From: an uncultured virus (IMG/VR IMGVR_UViG_3300013426_000033)
Taxonomy: Duplodnaviria; Heunggongvirae; Uroviricota; Caudoviricetes
Length of the DNA stretch: 64,000 nt
Direction: 5' to 3' (one strand)
Virus record (IMG/VR): IMGVR_UViG_3300013426_000033
The notes beneath the pieces were generated by a model. The model was not told the DNA's origin and searched no databases. It was given only the letters and a program-made list of their open reading frames with translations. Shown here in pieces: positions 8,552-15,934 of this stretch; positions within the stretch are counted from its first letter, which is position 1; each line of letters begins with the position of its first letter. The position numbers and the translations under genes are program-made.

Positions 8552-8636
8552 TGGTGGGTGAGGAAGGTGCCGACCCTTCTACTCCGTTAGGAAACAAATT
8601 TACAGTCTGTCGTGTTTGCCGATTCACTACTCACCC
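8552..8636 (-). tRNA. tRNA-Tyr(GUA)
   Basis: ACAGA-CT GTA AA-TTTGT, variable arm, CCA. Confidence 0.88.
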
Positions 8637-8664
8637 ATTTAATTATTTCTCTTTTAGAAAGGGG

Positions 8665-8728
8665 CTAGACGCTTTTGTGTATTCTTATTTAACAGATAAG
8701 TACATTTAAAATTGCTGTAAGCGTCTAC
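8665..8728 (-). ncRNA. ACAGCAA scaffold copy 7 carrying an isolated Asn(GUU)-like anticodon arm
   Basis: TAGACGCTT/AAGCGTCTA; CTTAT-CT GTT AA-ATAAG. Confidence 0.75.
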
Positions 8729-8767
8729 TATAATGAAATCATATTACAAAATTAGCATTTCTGCTAT

Positions 8768-8892
8768 TGGTGCGTCTGGAGAGATTCGAACTCTCGATAC
8801 CCGCATTATGGGGTTGGATATAAGTCTTGAACTTATCGAGGCCCTAATGCTATCCAACAAAGTGCGGTGCCTTACCACTTGGCCACAAACGC
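8768..8892 (-). tRNA. tRNA-Lys(UUU) with 50-nt tRNA-like insert (8809-8858)
   Basis: CCGCA-CT TT[insert]T AA-TGCGG; CCA. Confidence 0.8.
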
Positions 8893-8899
8893 ATAAATA

Positions 8900-9027
8900 C
8901 TAGAGACATTGTAGTTATGGACTCCTGCCTTGCCACTTGGCTACACTCTTCAACCGAAGGTGCTCGGATTCGAACCGAGGGATGGGAGTTTGGCTTATTA
9001 ACTTTCAAAATTGCTGTTAGTCTCTAC
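8900..9027 (-). ncRNA. ACAGCAA scaffold copy 8 with circularly permuted tRNA
   Basis: ACTCC, T arm CTCGG-TTCGAAT-CCGAG, loop-closed acceptor, D arm GCC-AAGTGGCAA-GGC, GGAGT. Confidence 0.85.
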
Positions 9028-9202
9028 TTTACAAATATCATCTTATTGAAAGGAAATTATTCATATCAGATAGAGAAAAAGGAGAAGTAGCATTTCGTCA
9101 AGTACTAAATCTTTAGCCCTTTGATAGATTTAAGTTCCCCTCATTTAACTCCGATAAAACTTACTCACACTATCATAAGAACGGATTTCTGATTTGAACA
9201 AA

Positions 9203-9278
9203 TGGTGATGGGTGCGGGAGTCGAACCCAGCGTTTAGGACGTGAAAGGCCCTCGTCTTAGCCACTTGACTAACCCACC
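9203..9278 (-). tRNA. tRNA-Glu(UUC)
   Basis: AGGGC-CT TTC AC-GTCCT; CCA. Confidence 0.88.
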
Positions 9279-9288
9279 ATATTATAAC

Positions 9289-9406
9289 CTAGACTCTTTT
9301 GCGTATTATTCACCACAGAGCGCCCTCTGACGAGAATCGAACTCGCTAATGATTGTTTTCAAGACAATTGTGTTAACCTTTTAAGGAATTTGCTGTAAGA
9401 GTCTAC
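9289..9406 (-). ncRNA. ACAGCAA scaffold copy 9 with tRNA permuted at the D loop
   Basis: ATTGT-CT TGA AA-ACAAT, T arm GCGAG-TTCGATT-CTCGT, CAGAG-GGCG-CTCTG. Confidence 0.8.
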
Positions 9407-9444
9407 TTTTCAATTACTTTTCAGGAGGTTTAGCCTATATTTTT

Positions 9445-9473
9445 ATTATAACACATCATTCATAGAATGTCAA
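9445..9473 (-). promoter_or_regulatory. SigmaA-type promoter
   Basis: Perfect TTGACA-N17-TATAAT with TG. Confidence 0.8.
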
Positions 9474-9549
9474 CCACTTTTTAAAATTTTCTTTTGTACT
9501 TTTTGAGAAGATTTATTTTTATTTTTTATTCTTCTCTTAAGATGTATTT

Positions 9550-9578
9550 ATCTTACCACATTTTTAGATTTCTGTCAA
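9550..9578 (-). promoter_or_regulatory. SigmaA-type promoter
   Basis: TTGACA-N17-TAAGAT with TG. Confidence 0.65.
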
Positions 9579-9598
9579 GACTTTATTAGAATTTTCTT

Positions 9599-9880
9599 TT
9601 ACTCAACAGCCTCATTATAAGTCATCTTCATAATATCAGGCTTAACGGGATAGAACTCACCTTTAATTCCCTTAACGATATAATCACCAACAGAAGCGTA
9701 ATGGTCTCCCTCAAGGGTATTAATGATAAGATTAGTTACAGTACCATTAATAGTATGCTGAGTAGTAACACAACAATGAGCACCAACAAATTCCATAATT
9801 TCGGTTTCATTAGTACCATCCCAAATAACGGCTTCAATAGTAACTGGCTTCTTAGTATACTTTTTAATCATGAATTTCAC
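9599..9880 (-). CDS. Conserved small phage protein (KKPV.IEA / TLEG / GDYI / GEFYP family)
   Basis: Recognisable motif pattern; function not assigned here. Confidence 0.8.
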   Translation of the reverse strand: MKFMIKKYTKKPVTIEAVIWDGTNETEIMEFVGAHCCVTTQHTINGTVTNLIINTLEGDHYASVGDYIVKGIKGEFYPVKPDIMKMTYNEAVE

Positions 9881-9904
9881 CTTCTTGTGTTTTTAAAAAT
9901 TTAA

Positions 9905-9952
9905 CCACAAGATATAGTGGCTAAGATTTTTTTAAACCCCAACATATTGTGG
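9905..9952. promoter_or_regulatory. Tandem NrdR-box-like operator
   Basis: CCACAAGATATAGTGG (9905) and CCCCAACATATTGTGG (9937), 32 bp start-to-start. Confidence 0.65.
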
Positions 9953-10258
9953 TTTAAAGATAAATAAAATGATGATTTTATTTTTACTTTTAATGGGAGC
10001 TTAACGTACTCCAAATGAGTAAAACAACGGATTTCTTGTTTTTGAGTAAAGCATCAAGAAATATCTAACCCTACTGCTTTATTGGCAACGGAGTTATTTA
10101 TACTCTCATCCGTCATTCGAGTTTGTTGTCGGCGCTCAGTCCACCATCTGGGCGAACAACTCCAAGTTCGTCGATGCGAAGACAAACTCCAAGGGTCACA
10201 TCACTTCCGATGTGATAACTACAATAATACCACCACTACTATTGTAGCATATTGCCCC

Positions 10259-10350
10259 CCCCCCATAATTGGATTCGAACCAACTTCCTCTCCCGATGTG
10301 GTGTTTACTCACTATCAGTTAATAAGAATGCTCCATTACACTAATGGGGA
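10259..10350 (-). ncRNA. tRNA-like RNA with elongated anticodon arm (pseudo-tRNA)
   Basis: CCCCAT/ATGGGG acceptor, D arm, T arm GTTGG-TTCGAAT-CCAAT; no canonical anticodon loop or CCA. Confidence 0.5.
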
Positions 10351-10679
10351 TATAAATGTTATAGACCTTTTAACTATAACTCACAGGTTCTCCCTTATAC
10401 AAACAAGGTGACGGGACATTGCTGTGTTTTTAAAAGAAAGCCCTTGTTATACTTTTTCTTTCAAGGATTTAATGGTAAGAACATTTCTTGACCTATAGGT
10501 GTTCTCAAACCTACTCCTTCACCATACATCCAAATGTACTCGCAGGTATACATTGAACATCTCATCCTTAAGGTCAACTGGGGAATCATAAAGCCGTTCG
10601 GTTTATTTTTAATTTGAGTAAACCTTCCTCAAACGCCCCTTCATCCGCTTTTTTAGAAGGATACGGAATCCACGAGTTT

Positions 10680-10770
10680 TGGCGAAGTGGACTGGACTCG
10701 AACCAGTACAGTCTTACAACTTACTACTTGTTTAGCAAACAAGGTCCTTACCAATTAGGATTACCACTCC
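10680..10770 (-). tRNA. tRNA-Ser(GCU)
   Basis: CTTGT-TT GCT AA-ACAAG, long variable arm. Confidence 0.9.
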
Positions 10771-10783
10771 ATAAATGAGCAAT

Positions 10784-10907
10784 CTTGGCACTTTTTTCTA
10801 GCCAACCACGGTTAACCATTCCTTGCTCAAGGGATACGTTAATAAGGAGTCGAACCTTACACGACGTTATTCCAAAAACATAAAATAAATTTGCTGTGAG
10901 TGTCAAC
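10784..10907 (-). ncRNA. ACAGCAA scaffold copy 10 with T-arm cargo
   Basis: TTGACACT/AGTGCCAA; TAAGG-TTCGACT-CCTTA and CGTGGTTG shared with copy 5. Confidence 0.7.
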
Positions 10908-10926
10908 TTTTTAAATTTGTATCTGC

Positions 10927-11004
10927 TGGTGAGAGTAACAGGACTCGAACCTGTAAGCCTCCGCCGTGTAAAGGCGGCATTCTAACCAGTTGAACTATAC
11001 TCCC
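10927..11004 (-). tRNA. tRNA-Val(UAC)
   Basis: CCGCC-TT TAC AC-GGCGG; CCA. Confidence 0.92.
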
Positions 11005-11137
11005 ATATAATATTGGTTTTTCCGCCAAATGCCAAAGGACTTTCGTATTTTACCAACAAACCTCACGTTACTTAATTTATTTATAGACGTTGAGTAATTA
11101 CGTCTCAACAACACATTTTTTAGAAAGGAAAACTATC

Positions 11138-11584
11138 TTAACCCACAGCTTCTTCGGATGGACTATCCTCAGAAGGGATGGTATTGCCAGTGTTATCGAC
11201 AGAGTCATCTGAAGGAACAGGGTTCTCAGTCTGTGCCAAACTCTCCTTTAACTTTTCATCATGAAGCTCACGGTTTACCTCGTATACAGCGGCTTCAATA
11301 GCCTTACGGACTTCATCTGCATCAAGAGTAATACCAAGAGACTCCATCTGCTGATTAAAATACTTTGTTGCTTCCTGCAAACGCTTTTCAATCTCCCGTG
11401 GATACATCTGCTCAACAGCTCGAACAGCAATTAGAGCATACTTCTGAATTAGTTCTGCTGTATTAAGAGCTTCATCAATTTTATCCTGTCCAACCTTCTT
11501 ACGAAGATAAGGAATAAGAAAAATTGTAATAGCCAGAGCACAGAGACCAATTACAGCAACTACAATAGGGGTAATGTCAGTCAT
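11138..11584 (-). CDS. Putative holin (LL-H-like)
   Basis: N-terminal TM helix, AVRAVEQ, IEAAVYE motifs. Confidence 0.65.
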   Translation of the reverse strand: MTDITPIVVAVIGLCALAITIFLIPYLRKKVGQDKIDEALNTAELIQKYALIAVRAVEQMYPREIEKRLQEATKYFNQQMESLGITLDADEVRKAIEAAVYEVNRELHDEKLKESLAQTENPVPSDDSVDNTGNTIPSEDSPSEEAVG

Positions 11585-11662
11585 TTTTGTACTTCCTTTT
11601 TTACATTTTGAATTATAACATCTAACAAACGCTTTATCAAGTGTTTATTAAATAAAATTTAA

Positions 11663-11796
11663 TGGAGCAAGATACGAGATTCGAACTCGCCCTTACGGTT
11701 TTGGTCCTTTAAGTAAGACTTGAACTTACATCAATGGTTTTTCATTAAACTATTAAAGGGGAAGACCGTCGTGCTAACCGCTAACACTAATCCTGC
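11663..11796 (-). tRNA. tRNA-Gly(UCC) with 58-nt tRNA-like insert (11702-11759)
   Basis: ACGGT-CT TCC[insert]AA-ACCGT; U73 CCA. Confidence 0.82.
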
Positions 11797-11946
11797 ATAT
11801 ATGATACCACCCACGTATGAATGGTATCAAACTCCATGCTCCGTAGAGACCTCATGCTAGCCTGATAGGTTTCCTACTAAGATACCAGTAAAGTAATGAG
11901 CTTAACCAGACAAACGTAGACTTAACCAATGGAGTATCTAGCTTAA

Positions 11947-12417
11947 TTAATATTCAAGAACATCCCATTCATGATATTGAATATAATGACTCATAAGATA
12001 AGAGCTAAGAATTTCTTCCTCAGATTGATTTCTAAGTTTCTCAATTTTTTGCTCTAAGTCCTTAATATAAAAACTTCTCTTCTCAATCTCTTTTGTATAT
12101 TTACGAAGTTTCGCTTCTACTTCTTTAAGTAAAATATAAAGACGCTTTTGCTGGTCATCAGAAAGAGTTTCTAATGAATCCAAAGATTCCATTAAATCAT
12201 TCTTTCTCAGACAATATTCTTTATGTTGTTCAATATAAGGCTGTCTTTCTTTTTTAGCAATCGCTACCTTGTCTGTAAGATATTTAATATCTTCATAAAG
12301 TTTAACACTTGCTTCAAGAAAATAACTTTGTTTATCTTTAAGCATAGCTTCTTCCGTCATTACAGCATCAACAGAAGATTCTTCATACCAACCCGTATAC
12401 TTAAGCCAAACTTTCAT
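11947..12417 (-). CDS. Coiled-coil hypothetical protein
   Basis: 156 aa ORF in operon. Confidence 0.65.
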   Translation of the reverse strand: MKVWLKYTGWYEESSVDAVMTEEAMLKDKQSYFLEASVKLYEDIKYLTDKVAIAKKERQPYIEQHKEYCLRKNDLMESLDSLETLSDDQQKRLYILLKEVEAKLRKYTKEIEKRSFYIKDLEQKIEKLRNQSEEEILSSYLMSHYIQYHEWDVLEY

Positions 12418-12419
12418 AA

Positions 12420-12893
12420 TTACCTTTTCACAGAAGTCACACCATTAAAATCATACAAACGTACAATATGGCTTAAACCCAAAGTGTCTGAAATATCAGC
12501 ACTAATGATAGACCAATCTCCACCAGCAAGACCGCATCCAATCATATAAGGCATAGCAATTTCTTCTGCCAGAGGAACCATTTCACGAATCTTAAGAAGA
12601 CACTCATGAAAATATTTATAGTTAGTATTTACATTTGGTCCACCAATACCGACTTGAGAGAACATGTTAAGAAAAATTTTATCTTTGTTTTCCTCAATTC
12701 GAAGAACTTTACCATAAAGTTCTTCAGGAGTATGATAACTACAAAACTTATTATACTCCAAAAATACATTAGGATAATTCTTTTTAATTTGAAAAGCTAC
12801 ACCAGCGCCCATTGCACCAAAGGTATTAACTTGATGACAAATATATTTTGCTGAAGTCTTAAGCACATCACCCTGAATAATAGACACTGACAT
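12420..12893 (-). CDS. Macrodomain protein (ADP-ribose binding/hydrolase)
   Basis: GDV, HQVN..G.MGAGVA, MPYMIGCGLAGGDW. Confidence 0.88.
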   Translation of the reverse strand: MSVSIIQGDVLKTSAKYICHQVNTFGAMGAGVAFQIKKNYPNVFLEYNKFCSYHTPEELYGKVLRIEENKDKIFLNMFSQVGIGGPNVNTNYKYFHECLLKIREMVPLAEEIAMPYMIGCGLAGGDWSIISADISDTLGLSHIVRLYDFNGVTSVKR

Positions 12894-12904
12894 AATCTTC
12901 TCCT

Positions 12905-13213
12905 TTATTCTTCTTTGTTTTCCATGAATTTCTTATAATAATAATGATAAAAATCAAAATATTTAAGAAGAAATTCTTTATAAGCTTTAGCAGTATAATT
13001 GTCAGAGCTTACAGGGAAATCTAATCCCAAATCTTCTGCAATAACATCTACAGCTTTTCTCAAAGGCTCAGGTGGACTATTCGTCAACTTAAACTTCTTA
13101 GTCTCAGAATCACTATCACACCAAGCCTTACCATTAACAACAGTTAAAAATCTAATGGAAGGATTCTTAGAAAGTTCCAACTTGTGTTCCTCACTTCTCT
13201 TATATGGTAACAC
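12905..13213 (-). CDS. Hypothetical protein
   Basis: 102 aa ORF, start uncertain. Confidence 0.5.
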   Translation of the reverse strand: MLPYKRSEEHKLELSKNPSIRFLTVVNGKAWCDSDSETKKFKLTNSPPEPLRKAVDVIAEDLGLDFPVSSDNYTAKAYKEFLLKYFDFYHYYYKKFMENKEE

Positions 13214-13299
13214 AGACGATTAAATCTGTCAAGTATTTAATAAAAGAAATTTTTTATTTTTATTTTCTTTGCTTTCCATTTTAAGCATATTATTTTTTC

Positions 13300-13375
13300 T
13301 GGTACGCCTACCGAGACTCGAACTCAGAACTAATCTTTAGGAGAGATTTGTTTTATCCAGTTAGACTATAGACGC
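13300..13375 (-). tRNA. tRNA-Arg(CCU)
   Basis: AATCT-CT CCT AA-AGATT; CCA. Confidence 0.9.
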
Positions 13376-13380
13376 ATACC

Positions 13381-13818
13381 TTATTTTTTCTTCTTGGGTA
13401 CAGCTTCAGCTACAAAAAGAATAGGGTCCTCATTTTCATCATATGTAACTAAGGCTTCCATTTCAGCTTTTACATTAAAAGAGGCTGTTTTTAAATACAT
13501 AGCACAAAATTCCCCAGAAAGATTAGAAAGATTTTCATAACTATAATCCAAGTTATTTTCTACCCTAATCCCCATAGTAGCTACTGTGATAAATACATCA
13601 TATTTTTCTTTAGGCTTTTCTGCAAAGCCAGTATATCCATCACATTTGTATCTAATATAAATAGGTAAACCATTATTTATACCTAAATCAACAAAACTCA
13701 AATCGTAAAATTTTGTATGACAATAAGGGCATTCATAATTAGAATTAACCGAATACTTTTGATGACAACGAGGACAAACAATCTAATTATTACGATATCT
13801 AAAATTCTTTTTAGACAT
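13381..13818 (-). CDS. Zn-ribbon hypothetical protein (one TAG=Gln)
   Basis: ATG 13818 after GAGG; NN(TAG)IVCPRC...CPYC in frame with track ORF. Confidence 0.7.
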
Positions 13819-13826
13819 AATTTACC

Positions 13827-14189
13827 TCACACTGTAAAACAAGATACAGGAATCTTTGTAGGATTCTCTTCTTTCATAATGTAAAAAGAAACATTCGAAA
13901 GTTTAATATTGTTCCACTCTTCTTTAGTTTTAGAAGAATACTTAGGCCAAAAGAGACCTTCAAAAGTTACAAAATTATTTTCGGGGTCAACATAAAGAGT
14001 CCTTACAAATCCAATAATTCTATCTACAACCAATTCATTTTTATAAGTTGCTTCTTCACAAATAGGAGTTCTAAAGCAATCCTTAAGACCTTCCCACATT
14101 GCGTCTGTAAGCCAATCTCCCAACTCATCTCGCTTAAGAGTAAATTCTTGAGTTAGAAACTTTTCATCAGGAGTATAATTCTCAGCCAT
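13827..14189 (-). CDS. Hypothetical protein
   Basis: 120 aa ORF. Confidence 0.65.
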   Translation of the reverse strand: MAENYTPDEKFLTQEFTLKRDELGDWLTDAMWEGLKDCFRTPICEEATYKNELVVDRIIGFVRTLYVDPENNFVTFEGLFWPKYSSKTKEEWNNIKLSNVSFYIMKEENPTKIPVSCFTV

Positions 14190-14493
14190 TATTCATTTCC
14201 TCAAAAGGAGTAGTATCCTTAGTAGGAGTACCAATAACACTCAGAACAGGAGTAAGATTGCCCTCAACATCAGAGCAGTAATAAAGCCAACCATTCATAT
14301 CAACAACAATATGATAAACACGATTCTGTTCATTCTTAACCATATAACCAGTATCAGTAAAACCAACAGGGACTTCACTTGCATCAACGCTGACACTATT
14401 CTTAGTATTATTACAACCAGACAGTGCCAAGATTGCAACAAAAGCAACAATAACAAGAAGTCCAGCAACAAACTTATTCCAACTCTTCTGCAT
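14182..14493 (-). CDS. Putative lipoprotein
   Basis: Signal peptide ending LSGC lipobox. Confidence 0.65.
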   Translation of the reverse strand: MQKSWNKFVAGLLVIVAFVAILALSGCNNTKNSVSVDASEVPVGFTDTGYMVKNEQNRVYHIVVDMNGWLYYCSDVEGNLTPVLSVIGTPTKDTTPFEEMNNG

Positions 14494-14525
14494 AATTAAT
14501 TCCTCGCTTTAAAAATAGATTTAAA

Positions 14526-14599
14526 TGGTCGGAGATGTCCGATTCGAACGGCGATTCTGCCTCCCAAGGGCAGCGTGTTCCCATTACACCACATCCCCG
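14526..14599 (-). tRNA. tRNA-Pro(UGG)
   Basis: CTGCC-CT TGG GA-GGCAG; C1:G72. Confidence 0.85.
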
Positions 14600-14687
14600 A
14601 AATGTGAACGAGTTATAAATCAATTCGTAGTACAGGTACTACTGTTTTCTAACTTCCCTCGCCTAAAGTTTGTTCCGCAAAAGCGAA

Positions 14688-14775
14688 TGGTACGGGTGGC
14701 GGGATTCGAACCCGCACGGTATATTTACCGAAAGATTTTAAGTCTTTTGCGTACTGCCTGTTTCGCCACACCCGC
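14688..14775 (-). tRNA. tRNA-Leu(UAA)
   Basis: AAAGA-CT TAA AA-TCTTT, variable arm. Confidence 0.9.
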
Positions 14776-14814
14776 ATATTTTTTATTGTTTGTCTTTTCC
14801 CTTTCAACATGATA

Positions 14815-14843
14815 ATCATAACATACAATCATCAAGTTGTCAA
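14815..14843 (-). promoter_or_regulatory. SigmaA-type promoter
   Basis: TTGACA-N17-TATGAT with TG. Confidence 0.7.
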
Positions 14844-15067
14844 GACTTTAATAAAACTTTCTTTTTATTTTATTTTCTTTAGAGTGTTTATTTAGATGTG
14901 TACCCAAAACCGTTAAAACGGTACACTCGCTACCTTTTAATTTTATAGTTGGGAAGGTGTCTTTTGGCAACATATTACGCACCCTGAGTAAGCAAGGCCG
15001 TTGAACCACATTTCTCTATGAGTTATCTTACTTTTCTCACAGCTACCGATTAACCAACTGTATATTT

Positions 15068-15096
15068 ATATTACCACACAAACACTATTTTGTCAA
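15068..15096 (-). promoter_or_regulatory. SigmaA-type promoter
   Basis: TTGACA-N17-TAATAT with TG. Confidence 0.7.
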
Positions 15097-15100
15097 TAGT

Positions 15101-15406
15101 TTAATACTAAAATTCTGACTTTTTCAATGTAGGAGTAATATCTAAATTAGAATTTGCACTTGTACGAGTATAAGTAGAACCAGCCCAATCAGACCCCCAG
15201 ATGTCAGCCTTGGTAGTAACATACTTCTTATATTTGCAAGAAAGTTTTACAGAAAGGCACTCAGGATAATCTTTAATACTTTTTTTGAGTTCATTAAAAG
15301 ATTCTTCTGCTTTGACCACATCATCTGTATACTTACAAATTGCTTCGTTTTCACATCCTGAACAAACACTTGGAATATATTCTCGACCTGTATTAAGTAC
15401 CATCAT
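15101..15406 (-). CDS. Cys-rich hypothetical protein
   Basis: Track ORF extended through TAG 15107 to TAA 15101. Confidence 0.6.
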
Positions 15407-15920
15407 TATTTTCTTCTCCTTCCTTATAATATTCTTGCAGAATCAAATTATAGCACAGAGTATTAGGATGATAATATGGATTATCATAAATCTGGCTATC
15501 ATCCCCAGTAAAACATTTCATAATACCAGCACAGACACCAGAAGAACGACTAATACCAGCATTACAATGAACAATAATTACATCAACCTTATCATACCAT
15601 TTATTGACAAAATCAATAACTTTCTTAGCATCTTCTTTTGTCATCAGTTGATAAATACGAGATTCGTAAACAAAGTCATCCGAGTTTGTAGAATTTTCTA
15701 CAATTAGACCTTCATCCTTCTTCCAATATTGCATCCCCTTATATGGCTGAATATCATCAAAGAAAAGAGAAAGCTGTCCTTTAATGTTATTATAATAATT
15801 AATATAATTATGAGGGATAGCATCTACAGAGTCACTAATACTAATGACAACAGATTTTTCATCGTGAGACTGATAGCTATACTTAATACAATCTCTACGA
15901 CTAAGAACCTTAAACTGCAT
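15393..15920 (-). CDS. Tyrosine/dual-specificity phosphatase-like protein
   Basis: HCNAGISRS (HCxxGxxRS) P-loop. Confidence 0.85.
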   Translation of the reverse strand: MQFKVLSRRDCIKYSYQSHDEKSVVISISDSVDAIPHNYINYYNNIKGQLSLFFDDIQPYKGMQYWKKDEGLIVENSTNSDDFVYESRIYQLMTKEDAKKVIDFVNKWYDKVDVIIVHCNAGISRSSGVCAGIMKCFTGDDSQIYDNPYYHPNTLCYNLILQEYYKEGEENNDGT

Positions 15921-15934
15921 AATTTTCTCCTTTC

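Noticed and set aside
10259..10678. tmRNA
   Set aside because: No Ala-type G3:U70 acceptor with CCA or convincing tag frame found
2799..10907. CRISPR array interpretation of the repeated GTAGAC..ACAGCAA units
   Set aside because: Dispersed, irregular spacing, inverted terminal stems with covariation, no cas genes
3798..11759. Group I/II or BHB-type introns for the tRNA inserts
   Set aside because: Too short for ribozyme cores, no BHB seen; boundaries coincide with acceptor stem and CCA
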